Source: Camelus ferus | Taxonomy: Eukaryota | NCBI RefSeq assembly: GCF_009834535.1 | Contig: NC_045696.1 | Location: 34,536,001 to 34,600,000 of the forward strand | Direction of reading: 5' to 3' | Length of the DNA stretch: 64,000 nt | Part shown: piece after piece, positions 1-13,890 of the stretch | Layout: each line of letters begins with the position of its first letter | Numbering within the stretch: position 1 is the stretch's first letter | Notes under the pieces: model-generated | The model's input: the letters and a program-made list of their open reading frames with translations, nothing else | The model's database searches: none | What the model was told of the DNA's origin: nothing | Translations under genes and position numbers: made by a program

Positions 1-288
1 GATGGAGAGGGACAAAATTAAGTCCACTGACCTAGGACTAATATTAACAGTTTAAAGACTAGACATTCACACACTAGTGTTCTAAGACCCATATGGAACT
101 TAACCAGCTTTTCAGTTTAATCCTCTGGCTTGGAGTCTTTGTCGAGAAATCAGACAGAAGTAAGAAACAAGATTTTTACCTACTAATATCTAAAAAACCT
201 GTATGACTAAAAGACATTTAAAAAAATTCAATAATATAATCAATGCCTCAGCCACATTTGCAATACCATCTGTGGCCAAGCCTGCTAG

Positions 289-1402
289 TTTTTTTTTTTT
301 AAATTGAAGTACAGCTAATTTACAATATTGTGTTAGTTTCAGATGTACAGCATAGTGATTCAGTATTTTTGCAGGTTATATTCCGTTACAGGCTACCACA
401 ACATAATGGGTATAATTCCCTGAGCTATACAGTATATCCTTCTTGCTAACCTCTTACATATATAGTGGTTTATACCTGTTAATCCCGTGCTCCTAATCTG
501 TTCCTCCCCACTTTCCTCTCTACTTTGGTAACCACAAGTTTGTTTTTTATATCTGTTCAGTATTTCTGTTTTGCACATACATTCATAGGTATTTTTTTTT
601 AGATTCCACAAGAAAGTGATATCATTTAGTATTTATCTTTCTCTGTTTGGCTTATTTCACTAAGCATAATATTCCATGGTTCCATCCATGTTGCTACAAA
701 TGGCAGTTTTTTTTAAGGCTGACTAATAGTCCATTGTGTATATATACACCACATCTTAATCCAGTTGTCTGTTGATGGGCACTTGGGATGCTTCCATGTG
801 TTGGCTAATGTAAATAGTAGCTGCTATGAAACATTGGGGTGCATGTATCGCTTTGAGTTAATGTTTTCGAAAGTTTTTTTCTGGATATATACCCAGGAGT
901 AGAATTCTGGGGTCATATGGTAGTTCTATTCTTAGTTTTTTAAGGAACATCCATACTGTTTTCCACAGTGGCTGCACCAGTTTACATTCCCAGCAATGCA
1001 CGAAGGTTCCCTTTCCTCCATATCCTAGACGTTTTGATGATAGCCATTCTGTCACGTGTGAGGTGATAACCTCGTTGTTTTGATTTGCATTTCTCTAATA
1101 GCGATGTTGAGCATCTTTTCATATGCTTGTAAGCCATTGTATGTGTTCTTTGGAAGAATGTCTATTCAGGTCTTCTGCTCTTTTTTTGAATTGGATTGGG
1201 GTTTGTTTTGTTTTGATATTGAGTTGTATGAGCTGTTCGTATGTTTTGGATATTAACCCTTCGTCAGTTGTATCATTTGCAAATATTCTCCCATTCCATA
1301 GGTTTTTCCCTTTTGTTAATGGTTTCCTTTGCTGTGCAAATGATTTTAAGTTTAGTTAGGTCTCCTTTGTTTATTTCTGCTTTTATTTCTTTTGCCTTAG
1401 AG
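289..1402 (-). mobile_element. 5'-truncated LINE-1 (ORF2 C-terminus and 3' UTR)
   Basis: Poly-T at 289-300. ORF 858..1055 contains the L1 ORF2 C-terminal motif [16 protein letters not shown]...IELPYDP. Confidence 0.9.
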
Positions 1403-2574
1403 GCCATGCTAAATTGAAGTCAGATGCAGAGTTCTGCATAGCCCATGCTAGTTAAGACTTTATCATGTAGACACACATCTGTAGATGACACCAGCTGCAG
1501 GCAAATGAAGAGGTTTGTTCACCTCACATGTTCACTTGATATTCATAGACATTTCCATATATTTTGGGGTTCTCTTGTCTATGTGCCAGTTTCAATGTTT
1601 ATGCGGGAAACATTTAATATATTACTCTCCCTAGTGAGTCTGGAATCAAATGAAAAATTGACAGGTATTAAAATGTATCTATAGCCTTTAAAATGAGCCT
1701 ACTGCTTACCTTTGGACCTGCTTAAGAGGAAAGTTGGGTCCTGAAGTGAGGACTCAGGACCCTGGTCTGCCTCACTCCATTTGGACGCAGAAAACTCAAG
1801 AAGGGAGATGAAAGCTTTCTGGGAGTGATGTTGTAACGGATGTTCCTGCTGTGGTTGGTAGCTTAATAGACACTCCTGAAGATTTATGTTTAACACTAAG
1901 GTGATAGGGGAATATTAAGATTTGAGATGCTTATACCATCTTCCATTTTATAAAGTTTAGTCTTACTACATTCACAGGACCTATTAAATGCCTTAATGTT
2001 GCAGAAATATCAACTTAAGGAGTAGTAAGCTGAACAAACCCCCAACCAAATAACTGGGTTTTAGGTTGCTTACTACTGAAGATTATGTCCTTCTGCAGAT
2101 TGCAAACAATTTTTAACTTATTAGAATCTATTTCTAAGTGAGTTTGGTGGTTTTTTTAAAAAATGACTTTAATTTTAGATTCTCATTGCATGGTTATCCT
2201 GATGGAAAAAAGTCAAATGACAGTGACTGTTCTTTTTCTGAATAGAGCTTTTCTTTATCTTCATTCTCAATGGAAAACTTAAAAAAAAAAAAAAAAAAAC
2301 TCAGGTATCTGTTCAGGCATGAAGTATTTTATTTATATTGTTCTATCTAGGATATACTTCACATATCAATGAATATTGAATTAAATAGTTGAATCCCAGT
2401 AGTAGCTTTTGGAAAGATTTTATCTGGGAGAGGCCTGTCTGCTTCCTAAAAGTGAGTAAAATTTATCATAATTAGTCACATCTAGAAACAAATAATTAAC
2501 CATTTCATACTGATGTAATAAAATAGTCACCAAAGTTAGCTTAACCTTGCCATTTTCTTCAAACAAAGTGCACT

Positions 2575-2770
2575 AGTAATAATAGCTGTTTGTTATGTGC
2601 CAGGAATTATCCTAGATTTTAATATTATCTTGGTTCTTCAATAGCTCTATGATTAAGGTAGTATTAAATTCATTTTGCCAGAAACTGAGACTGAGAAGTT
2701 TAATAATTTTGTTAAGGCTATGCAGCTATTAAATGACAAAGCCAAGTCTGTCTGATCCAAAACCTATATT
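2575..2770 (-). mobile_element. MIR SINE
   Basis: Core motif cattttgccagaaactgagactgagaagtt...aaggctatgcagct. Confidence 0.6.
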
Positions 2771-2974
2771 CTTTCCCTAGTGCTGCCAGTCTACCTGCTC
2801 TATTTTTCTGTCTGACTCTAAAATAATAAGCATAGGCAAGGGTAAATCTTGGTATGTAGTTAGGTAACTAGCAAGGAAAATGTGGAATTGTGTTTATGTT
2901 ATAAAATAGCATGCAGAAAATAAATGAGAACATTAAAATTTGAGGGAAAAGGTTGGAGCAAAATAATTTTGTTT

Positions 2975-4120
2975 TTAAACTTTTAAAAACTGAACTAATT
3001 TTATACTTACACATCAGAGTACAGTGATCAAGATCAGGAAAGTAACATTGTATAATATTCACTAAATTACAGACCTTACTAGAAATTTATCAGTTTTTCC
3101 ACCAATGCTTTTTTTTCTGTTCCCGGATGTTATTTCTGATCTCACATTGTATTTAATTGTTATTTCTCCTTAGTATCTCCCATTCTGCCAGTTTTTCCTT
3201 GTCTCTCATGACCTTGACATGTTTGAAAAATACTGATCAGGTTTTTTTTTTTTTTTTGTAGAATATCCTGCAGTTTGTGTTTGTCTGAAGATTTCTCATG
3301 CTAGGAATGAGTATGCATTTTTTGCAAAAGTACCACAAAAATGCTGTTGTCTTTCTTGGGGCACCATATCAAGGGATTTGTGATGATGGTATGCTTTGTT
3401 ACTTACTGGTAATACATATCTTGGTATAGCTTGGTTAAGTTTGTGTCTGTGGGGTTTCTCCACTCTAAAGTCACTATCTTTCTGTTTGTAGTTAATAACT
3501 GTCTTGGTGGAGATACTTTGAGACTGCGAATCCTGCATCTACTCAAACTTTTCACCCACTAGTATTAGCGTTAATCCATGGTTCTTGTCTGCAGCATTCA
3601 TTACTGTGTACAGTATTTGCCTAATGGTGATTCCTCTTTCTCTCTTTCCTTCTGTATTTATTAATTAGTATTCTATTATGAGGAAGAGCTGTCTCATCTC
3701 TAACTTTTATTGAAGAATTTGATTATTTACTTTTATCAGTATGGACTCATGGATAGTTATCTGGTTCCATGGCTTAAAATCCAATACTGTCATCTATTTT
3801 GTTGCTCAAAATATTTGTTCTAACTTTAGCTGCTAGGAGTGCCTTCAGGTTGGCTCCTGTGTTTTTATATCCCATCATTATTTCAGCATTTCCTTACTTC
3901 CTAGCACTACAAAATGTTCCAGTTTTATCTTGTTATTTTCCTTGCTCTATCTCGGCTACAGGAGGACATGAACAGCCCAAGTTCCTTGTGATTGAAGAGC
4001 CCCAGGTTCCTCATTTTAGAGACTAGTGTTTAGAAATCAAGACTTGGGCCCAAAGTATGTTATTGCTACTGAGGTGACATTGCTCCTAGGCTCTCTCAAT
4101 GGACAGAGCTTAGGAAATAC
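2975..4120 (-). mobile_element. Old L1 3' UTR (L1MC-type)
   Basis: Resembles recalled L1MC4/L1MC5 3' sequence, e.g. ctcatgaccttgacatgtttgaaaaatactgatcag and ggagatactttgagact. Confidence 0.6.
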
Positions 4121-4454
4121 ATATATAGTATACTTTATAGTATATATAGCTATCTTACAAATGAACAATATCATACTGAAAGGGGTGGGGAGAAGACTAA
4201 ATGTTTCATACAGTGTTTATTTTAGGTACTTAGGAGATTAACATTTATTCAGTGCATAGATTGGCATGTATTACACCCATTTTTTGAAGCTTTAAGAATG
4301 GAAGGTAATTGTGTTGTGGCTTTTGGTTTATTCATCAGATTTTAAAGGTGAGCAGATTCATTGTAAACAAGTAATGAAATTAATATTAGTGAACAGCTTG
4401 ACTGACACCTGTGATCTGTGAGGTGTTTGAAATAATGAAAGTTGATAACAATCT

Positions 4455-5568
4455 GTGGCCTCACCATGGCCTTCCCTCTCAGTACATGTGTGTGGAGAGA
4501 CAGAACTCTCTTCTTCTTCTCCTTTTTAATATATTTTATTGAAGTCTAGTCAGTTTACAATGTTGTATCAATTTCTGGTGTACAGCATAATGCTTCAGTC
4601 ATACATGAACATACATGTATTCATTTTCATATTCTTTTTCACCATAAGTTACTGCAAGATATTGTATATAGTTCCCTGTGCTATACAGTATGAACTTGTT
4701 GTTTATCTATTTTATATGTATTAGTTAGTATCTGCAAATCTTGAACTCCCAATTTATCCCTTCCTACTCCCTTCCCCCCAGTAACCATAAGTTTGTTTTC
4801 TAGGTCTGTGAGTCTTTCTATTTTGTAAATAAGTTCATTTGTCTTTTTTTTTCAGATGCCACATGTAAGTTATATATACTATATAAATATATGATATTTT
4901 TCTTTCTCTTTCTGGCTTGCTTCAATTAGAATGACTATCTCCAGGTCCATCCATGTTGCTGCAAATGGTATTATTTTATTATTTTTATGACTGAGTAGTA
5001 TTCCATTGTATAAATATACCACAACTTCTTTATCCAGTCATCTGTTGATGGACATTTATGTTGCTTCCTTCTCTTGGATATTGTAAATAGTGCTATTATG
5101 AACATTGGGGTGCATGCATCTTTTTGAATTAAAGTTCCCTCTGGTTATATGCCCAGGAGTGGGATTGCTGGGTCATATGGTAAATCTATTTTTAGTCTTT
5201 TGAGGAATCTCCGTGCTGTTTTCCATAGCAGCTATACCAAACCCTACATCCTACAGCAGCGTAGGAGGGTTCCCTTTTCTCCATAGCCTCTCCAGCATTT
5301 ATTGTTTGTGAACTTTTGAATGATGGCCATTCTGACTGGTGTGAGGTGATACCTTATTGTAGTTTTGATTTGCTTTTCTCTGATAATTAGCAATATTGAG
5401 CATTCTTCCTCTTCTTATAAGGCCATCATACTATCTGATTAGGACCCCTTCCTTATGACATCATTTAATCTTAATTACTTCCTTAAAGTCCTATCTCCAG
5501 ATACAGTCACACTGAGGATTACGACTTCAAAACTTGAATTTTAAGGGGACACATTTCGGTCTGTAGTA
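4455..5568 (-). mobile_element. MaLR LTR (MLT1A/B-like) split by an L1 insertion
   Basis: Halves at about 4455-4520 and 5404-5568 (cttcttataaggcca...tttaatcttaattacttccttaaagtcctatctccagatacagtcacactg). Confidence 0.7.
4521..5403 (-). mobile_element. 5'-truncated lineage-specific LINE-1 3' end
   Basis: Closely similar to the L1 at 13891-15550. TSD tcttcttcttct (4509-4520) and tcttcctcttct (5404-5415). Confidence 0.9.
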
Positions 5569-5970
5569 ATTTGGATGATGTATTTTAACGTTCTTACGGA
5601 TCTGATTCTTTATACAGTAATTCTTTGTATAGTAACTGTAAGGACTGTTACTTACTAGAATACTAAAGACAAAGAAATGTAAGATTTGTTGCTTATTGCA
5701 CAAGGGCCTGGTAGAGCACATTCAGATTATGATGTCCTGGTGTTAGCTCTCATTAGCTGAGTGTTTACAATAGCAGTTATATAGTGCAGAAGAAGAAAAG
5801 CAAAAAGACAATATCATGTATACTTTTACATATTTTAAGGACAATATTTAAAAGAGAAATAATGTTATAGTGAATGTTATAGATTTATAGTGAATTATTA
5901 GTGTCTGGTATGACATTAAGCTACTGTTTATTGTCATTGTAACTTGTGATTTCTTATACTTAGGAAGATA

Positions 5971-6281
5971 CAGTCAACCCTCCCTGTCTGTCGGTTTCAT
6001 ACCTTTAGATTCAACCAACTATGGATCAAAAATAATTTGGAAAAAAAATTCCAGAAAGTTCCAAAACACAACACTTGAATTTGCTGTGCAATAGCAACTA
6101 TTTACATTGTATTTGCATTGTATTAGGTATTATAAGTAATCTAGAGATGATTTAAAGTATATGGGAGGATGTCTGTAGGTTATATGCAAATACACTGTTT
6201 TTTTAAAGGACTAGAGCATTTGCAGATTTTGGTATGGCAAGATCCTGGAATCAATCCTCCACAGATAATGAGGGACAACTC
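5971..6281. mobile_element. MER2-family TcMar-Tigger MITE
   Basis: Terminal repeats cagtcaaccctc...gagggacaactc, TA on both flanks, typical MER2 body. Confidence 0.85.
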
Positions 6282-6921
6282 TATGTATATTTCAGCCAGT
6301 CTTGTTTATGTCTTTTCAAGGGATTTGTGGCAAACCTGTTGGAGGCATTGCCTACAAATACTTTTATTATGTTAAGTTTGGGCTGAACTGAATCAGGCAG
6401 GGTATTAACAGCTGAATCTTGGTGAATGAGGGAAGCTATAATGAGAACAGAAGGAAGGATATAAGGATATCCTTCTAAGGATATAAACCCAGCCTATAAG
6501 CAGGAAGTAAGTGGAAATGTATTAGGGCAAACTATTTGGGACTGAACATAGGAAGAAATGTGAGACTGTCAGGTACCTGTTTTTTATGTAGTACCAAAAT
6601 TGTGTTGTAGGGGCCAAAAAGAGGCATAGAGGTAGTCAAACACTTCAGTGAAGAGAGCATTTATAGCCAGGGAACCACTGGCTTTAACATTTTCCAGTGT
6701 TATCTAACATTCTTCTTTTTTGCTTGTGGTGGTTGTTAAAGTTTGTCCTACTTGGCATTTTCACAGCAGTCATTTTTACTTCCCAGGTAGTGAGGACTGC
6801 TAGATACGGAAGGGATACAAGTTCACAGAGATATCACCCTCTAGCTTTCTTTTTTAGTCATACGTACGTGTTCCTAGAAACATTGGAGACATGCTGGCCA
6901 CCTGATACTGCAATTTGGAAT

Positions 6922-7413
6922 TGTCAAAGAACCATGAAAGGCTTGGAGTTCTATCTGAGGTAGATTACCACATTTTCCCAGATGCTGGCTGAAGACGTAA
7001 AACTCCTGGGTCAGAGATGATAGACTTTGTTACTCACGGCATAGCAAGCAGCATGAGCTTCAAGTTCATGATGATTCCCTTTGCCTTTCAAGTCTCACAA
7101 AGGTGATGTGAATGGCCCAGGTGCATCCTGAACTCCTAGTAAATTTGTGTCACAGCTAAGGAACCCCAAGGTTAGGGAGTCCTAATCTTTTATAATGGTC
7201 TGCAAGCGTATCTGCCTGGTCTTTGCTCCAGAGTGAGACATCATCATGAGTATACTGGACAGACAGTAAACAGGCTCACTGCTTTGGAGAGAGACATCAT
7301 CTCTGTTTTTCAAGGCTGTTTCCTGTAAACACCTTTGAAAGGGTGAAGGCAGTCAGGGCCTCTTTAAAAAAAAAACGGAAATACAAGAGACTCATGGAAA
7401 ATTGTCTCCAACA
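6922..7413 (-). mobile_element. Solo LTR, LTR40-like (ERVL)
   Basis: TG...CA ends. Minus-strand start TGTTGGAGACAATTTTCCATGAGTCTCT matches the recalled LTR40 5' end. 5-bp flanks ggaat/ggaag. Confidence 0.75.
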
Positions 7414-7495
7414 GGAAGCAAATAATATGAAAAGTTCTTGAGCTCTGAATGTTCTTGGCTTTTTAACTCTGCTCTAGTTTTACCAGCTTTTAGAT

Positions 7496-7808
7496 CAGGA
7501 GTTGGCAAACTTCTTCTGTAAGGGGGCAGATATTAAATATTTTAGGCTTTGTGAGCCTTATGATTTCTGTTATAACTGCTCAACCTGTTGTTGCAGGAAA
7601 GCAGCCATAGATAATACCTAAATGGGTGATCCTGGCTATGTTCCAGTAAGACTCTGTGAACATTGAAATTTGAATTTCATATGATTTTCATACATCACAA
7701 AATGTTATTTTTAACCATTTGAAAATGTAACATCCATTCTTAGCTTGTAGGTCATACAGAAATGGGTGGCAGGCCAAATATGGCCTCCAGGCCATAGTTT
7801 CCAACCTA
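7496..7808. mobile_element. MER58B-like hAT-Charlie MITE
   Basis: Ends caggagttggcaaact...catagtttccaacct. Similar to the copy at 35021-35335. Confidence 0.8.
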
Positions 7809-7929
7809 TTTTATAAGATGAATTTATAAAATGTAATACAATGTTTTAATATAGTATTTTTGCATACAAGAGATCATAATTAATATTTTATAGGACTTGA
7901 TATTTCTAAAATGTTTTCTCATAAATCAT

Positions 7930-8075
7930 CCCAGTTTAGCTTCAGAGTAACTCTGCAAGGTAGGCATTATTATCTCCATTTTATGGTGGGGAAACTAATG
8001 CATAGAGAAGGAAAATGACCTACCCAAATTCATAAAATGAGTTAAGTGACAGAGTCCAGACATTATATTCTGGAT
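7930..8075 (-). mobile_element. MIR SINE
   Basis: ggtaggcattattatctccattttatggtggggaaactaatgcatagaga core. Confidence 0.65.
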
Positions 8076-8567
8076 TATTTTCTCCATAATATGGTATAGT
8101 TTAAACTTTTATAATGAGAACATCACACCAACATATCTTTAATACTCATTTGTTGCTATAATGTTTAGAGTTCAGTCTTGCACATAATAATGATGATAAT
8201 GCATGCTCATTTCTAATTTTCTTTATTACTATATTCTGCTGTCTAGCTATTTTAATATTTAGTAATTGGTATTTTGACAAAAATTAGATATGGGATGTGA
8301 AGGTATTTTTTACAATATTTGTAAAGATTTGACAGTTGAAAAGTATGGTCATTCATATACTATATTTTTCACATTTTCAAAGATAATAGTTCATTTTATT
8401 TTCAGATGCACTCCATGAAACTAAGCAATGAAGAACTTTTTCTCCCTCCTAAATCATTTCTATTCATGCTGAACTAATGTTTTAAAAAGTTTTACCCAAA
8501 TTTTTAAACTCGAGATGTTGAGAACATTTTCTCTAATGATGTACTTTTTGGATTGCTTCTCTATCAG

Positions 8568-8713
8568 GTGGTTGAAGATTATGCTGGAAGATGGCAGGTC
8601 CCTTTGCCACAGCTTCAGGTTCTTCAGACTGCACTTTGCTGTTTTACATCAGCAAGTGCATCATTCCCAGATGAATGTGAGCACGTACAGTATGTTTTGA
8701 GTAGCCTTGCCTT
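8568..8713 (+). CDS. ZNF654: ZNF654 internal coding exon (probable exon 2), 146 nt, phase 0 to 2
   Basis: Acceptor ctctatcag|GTG and donor TT|gtaagt. Translates VVEDYAGRWQVPLPQLQVLQTALCCFTSASASFPDECEHVQYVLSSLA(L), matching the recalled ZNF654 N-terminus. Not in the supplied ORF track in this frame. Confidence 0.93.
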
Positions 8714-9339
8714 GTAAGTACTCTTTACTTCTTATGAAAGTATTTTCTTGATGTATTTATACAAGTATATTTCTTGTTGAATTGGTTTTTGATTATTTTC
8801 TTTGTAGAAGGAACCTTTCCTAAAGTCTTTTCTGAAAAATAAATTTCCATTTCTTCATTTAAGTGTTTAGGCTTGATTTTGAACATTTAACCACAATTTT
8901 ACTTTTAGTTTTAGAGTTAAATGAAATTGTTACATAGACTCTTAGGGTCACTGCTAGCACTTTCCTTTTTAATTCCCCAGATTGCTTTGGCAAACTTTAA
9001 TGTAAGTCCCAGAATACAGCAATTGAGGCCATCATAGTTAGCAGAGGGACCTTAAATCAGGTCAGAAAGAGGAAACTTTGGTTTTTAAAAATATTTGTGA
9101 AAGACTTTGAGTTAAAGATCACCAACTGAGCACTTGTGTTTGTCCTTTTTGCCCTCGTAGATCCTACTAAAAGAGTAAAGAAGTAAAAGAGGGAAATAGA
9201 GTGAAAAGGCAAGAGAAGAGTCATCAGTGAATAAAAAGATCTCAACAATTTTTTGTGGAAGGAAAACAGATAGAGGAGTGGTCTTTGAAAAATGACAGAG
9301 CAAGTCACAACTTAATTTTGTGTGTGTGTGTGTGCGCCT

Positions 9340-9535
9340 CAAATTACACTCACATCACAATAGTGGGTTGTGAATTCATTTAATAACATTACAAAATACA
9401 ATAGAAAATATCAGAGTATGCCTCATATAAGTATTATTTTGTGAAACTCTTGTTTTATATATTCATATTTATGTATGTGTATACTTTATTATTTATAAAA
9501 CATTTTTTTAAAACCGTGGGTAGCATTTAAAACAA
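9340..9535. mobile_element. hAT-Charlie fragment (Charlie4-like)
   Basis: aatagaaaatatcagagtatg...taagtattattttgtgaaactcttgttt resembles recalled Charlie4z. Confidence 0.5.
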
Positions 9536-9939
9536 AATTATCTTCCGCCTTGTAAGAAAGGAGGAAGATTGTCTGTCCTGCCTCCCTCCTCTTGGAATCC
9601 TAAGGAAGTGTAGAGTTTGAATGTGCAAGGTATGAAATAGAGAGTAGAGAATGAGATACTTTGGGAGAATACAGATAAAGGAGTTAATTGCAGTTTTTCC
9701 ATTCAGGCCATTCTACTAGACCTTAGGGCCAGGGTAAGTTGGGGAAATTGCATTACTACTTTTTTTTTCCTCTAAAGAAATTAAGTGACTGGAGCAGTGA
9801 CCTTTGTATTCTGGCAATTAAGAGTTCTTCTTTGAGACAGCTAGCTAATCACTTAATTATCCTAAAGCAAAACTTACCAATCATCAGACTCTAGACATGC
9901 TTGCTTATAGGGCTCCCAATTAATCTGCTTATGGCTTTA

Positions 9940-11660
9940 TTCTTAAATATTAATGAGCATTCAAGAATCATCAGACATTTGAGGAATGACTTCAACATGA
10001 AAAAAAATACAATGAAAACAAACTAAAAAAAATTCTGGAAGAACTAGTGTTAATGTCGAAAACCAAAAAGTTAGAAGATAAATATAAAATCTATCATTAT
10101 CATTTTCAGAGAGAGTTGAGAAGATATGTATGACATTAAAACATAAATATATCATGCCATGTGAAAGAAATAATGAAATACCAAAAATGAGTTTGTGGAA
10201 AATTAAGAAAATAATATGGTTAAAATTTAAAATTCTGTAGGGAAGTTGGAAGGTAAAGTTGAGGAAATAGTCCAGAATGTAAAACAGAATCAAAGAGATG
10301 GAATGTCAGAAAAAAAATAAACTGATACAGTGGCTTCATATAGAAGATTCATTATTTAATTAGTTGGAGTCCCAGGAAAAGAATTTAGAGAATATACATT
10401 GGAGGAAAATTTTGAAGACATAATAAAAGAATTTCCCAGAACTAAAAGTCATAAACTTCAAAACTGAAAGAGCCCCAGAAGTGCTCAGCACAATGAATAT
10501 AAAAGATACTTAGCTAAATACATTATTCCCCAATTTGAAAATAATCAGGAATGAAAAACAGACTGGAACACCTTCCAGAGAGAAAAAACGAGGAACAGAC
10601 ATCAGGTTGATATCAGTCTTCATACAACCAACAGTGGGTGGTGGAATATAATGAATCAGTGTCTCTAAAGATTTGGAGAGAAATTATTTTCAGTTTAGAA
10701 ATTTTATGCTCATCCAAACTAGCAGTGAGGTGTGAGAGTGGAAACAATACTTCAGGCATGTAAAGACCTAGAAGATTGAGTTATACACATATTCTTTTTT
10801 GGAAGCTGTTAGAGAATGTGCTCCAGAAAAATGAGGTGTAACAGATTAAAAAAAAAGAAGACGACCCAGATTAAAAAAAAAAAAAGAAGACCCAGATAAC
10901 CTTTGATCTAGGAAACAGTAGCTTTTACTTAAGATAGGGGGAAGAGAAGTCCCAGGATCAACTGCCAAGTGGTAGGCCTTACAGACGTTCACCTCCAAGA
11001 GGGAAATACCCAGTAAAAATGGAGATTTGAAACTAACCTTGAGAATTTGTAACCATTTAAAGTAGTGATAAAAGTAGACAAGGCAAAGGGAATAGAAAAG
11101 CAGTTAAATACTCCAGGAAAATTAAAAATAATCTGAACAGGATAGGACACAGAGTCATTAGCATACTACTTAGATATACACTGAGTGTTATTTATTTAGT
11201 TTTCTTCATGCAGATGATGCTTTTTGACTAAACTTTTAAAGTACAGAAAATAATTACAGAACAGAAGAAATTATTGACCTTTCAATATAAGACTGATGGA
11301 AGTTGTGAGTTGAAAGTAAAGGACAAAGGCACTGAATTCTTTAATTCTTATTTTACAAAATGGAATGTCAGTAGTACATGAAACCATAAATAAAGGTGTA
11401 AGTAAAGTTACAAGGATAAATAATAGAGGAAATAATACAGAGTAACTTTTGGAAAGATGAAATTGGTTGTGCAAGGAGTTAAATTCTCTTCTATCACAGC
11501 AGAAAGTTAAAAGATAATATTTAAAATTGGTAAGTCAAGAAATACTGGCAAAGTTTATTATCAACAGCTATTAAAAATATTGAAAGTTGTTAATACTGGG
11601 GCACTGGACTAGTGAGAGAGAGGGTTCAAGCCTTTCTGTACACTTAGAATTTTTAAATCT
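9940..11660 (+). mobile_element. HAL1-like decayed L1 ORF1-only element
   Basis: A-rich degenerate ORF1-like sequence (gaatttcccagaactaaaag..., ggaagctgttagagaatgtgctccagaaaaatgagg), followed by a non-ORF2 tail. Confidence 0.65.
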
Positions 11661-12054
11661 TGACTGTGTAAATTTCATACATATGAACTGTATTTTTTTA
11701 TTTATATATATGCATAAAAATTTTAAAGCGTGCATGTACATTGTGTTTCTTTAAAAATTTACTTGTATATACTCAAAGTTGTAGGGAAGGAGCTATGTGA
11801 AGTGGTGGTTGTGTTCTCCAGCCTAATTGTGATCATTTCACTATACCAAAATACCAAGTTGTATACTTTAAATATATACAATTTCTGTTTGTCAGTTGTA
11901 CCCCAGTAAAGCTGAAAAAAATTGTGGGAGAGAAGAATAGTTTAGAATGTACCATTATTTAGATTTGTGAGAGTACAGTAGTTTAAAAAAACAACCATTA
12001 TTTTAAAAATTATTTCATGGTGCCTAAATGAATATGGGAAATATGAAGACTTCT

Positions 12055-12606
12055 TGATTATAACTGACAAATCTTACCCAAGCTAGTTTTAACAATAACA
12101 ACAAAAATAAAGGGCATTGAGGGATTTATTAGATGAATAAGTCATCTAATAAGCAAGCAAGGACTAGAACTAGTTTGAGGATTTTCTGAATCCAGAGGAT
12201 AAAATACCATCTAGAACTGTTGTCTTCCTTTCCAACATTCCTCTTTTGGCTTCATTGTAACTCTTAGATCTGCTGACAATTTTGGGATTAAGTTTAGTTT
12301 ATTAACCAAGGGAGAAGAAACCCCCTTCCCCCACCTCTAACCCCCAAATACTTTGGGAACTTGGGCCTGGCTGAGGGTTATGTGCCCACTGCTTGTACTA
12401 ATCACTGTGTTGAGAGGAGTATGGTGAGATTTTTCAGCTGTCTGATGGCAAGCCCACCCCACAGCTAGGGGAAACGAGGATGCTACATTGGCAGCTCCAG
12501 GAGGACCATAGAAACATTGGAGGAATAAGCAGTTTCCTCAAGAAGTAAATGAGGTAGTGTGAAAGAGAGCTGGTTAAGTAGACAAAAATAATAGATGTCT
12601 ATGACA
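12055..12606. mobile_element. Old MaLR LTR (MLT1J/K/L-like)
   Basis: ttgggcctggctgagggttatgtgcccac...taatcactgtg motif, ending in gatgtctatgaca. Confidence 0.55.
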
Positions 12607-13195
12607 AAGAATTTTTTATGTGATACTTTGAAAGTTACCAAAACTGTCTCAATGATTCCCTGCTGATTTCTGAGGAAAATAAAATGAGTATTGAAAGAAA
12701 TACATCATTTGTAAGCAAGAAGTACTATTCTTGATTTAGTGCCTATTTGGACAATTTCTCCCCTTTCATCTATGTAGTCTTTGTTAACTTTAGTGTTGTA
12801 ATATGAAAATGCTTTTAAGGCTTTCAAAAGTACTTTTTAAAAAGTTTTTTAAGTCACTTACTGACTTAATATTTCATTGTTTGCTAGCTTTTTAACCGCT
12901 ACTCATGGAAAGAATAATGTGTTAAGCAGAAGCAGATCTTGTCTAATATGGACAGTGCCAGGCATAAGAAAGTAAACCATCTTAGTGGTTTGTTAAATAG
13001 TAATGTTTCGTATAAGGAAAACTTTCTGCATTATTTGAATTTACTTTCACAGAAAAATTACTTGTACTTTTAATACCAGAAGAAAAATGGGGAAATAGCA
13101 ACTTGGTGGTATCATTAGAAGAGCAGAAAGTCTGTAACAGTGTTCTGTTTTATTTAAATATTTAAGCCAGAAAATTATTCTAACAATTGTTCCTT

Positions 13196-13520
13196 AATCA
13201 TTCATTCATTCATTCATTCTGTAAATCTCTGTGCTTGGTTCTAGGGATAAAACAGTAAATAAGATAGATAAGTCCTTGTTTGCAAAGGCCTTACAGAGCT
13301 AAAAGGTATTACACAAGTAGCTCCACTATTCTGTATTGTAATTATGGAAGGATTGCAGGGTACAATAATGAGGGACTGGACATGGTCTGGAAGGTCAGGG
13401 AAAGTTTGCTTAGTGAACCAATACTTCAGCTGAGCTCTGAAAGAGTGATGGGACTAAATTAGATGAAGGAGCAAAAGAGCCTCCCAGGGATGGCAAACTG
13501 AATGTTCAAGGTGTATGGAT
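13196..13520 (-). mobile_element. L2 LINE 3' end
   Basis: (cattc/ttca)n tail followed by ctaggga...aaacagtaaataagatagataagtcc. Confidence 0.7.
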
Positions 13521-13890
13521 AGGATGTCAGGATATTAATGGATTTCATTATAACTCATATCTGTTTGTAGAATTCTTATTTATGATATGTATCAAATATT
13601 TTAAATTTTTATTCACTTACACTAAAAATTTATAGATGAGCTAAAGACGTAATACCTATAACATTCTGTCTTATGCAAGTATATATATGTAATATATGCA
13701 TGTAAAATATATGTTACATGTTAAATATAAAAATTACTATAGTCTCTGGTAGTGTGGTCTGTGTGTCCACCTTCATAAAGACCTGTGACCACCTTGTAAA
13801 TCAGTACGTATGTGAAGACCTGCCGTCTGTAGGCTGGAGATTCTAAAAACTGCAGGTTTCCCAAGATGTTATTTACAGAGAAGGAGTGTT

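Noticed and set aside
8515..8700. ORF 8515..8700 (and likewise 51883..52113) as separate proteins
   Set aside because: They are out-of-frame overlaps of true ZNF654 exons.
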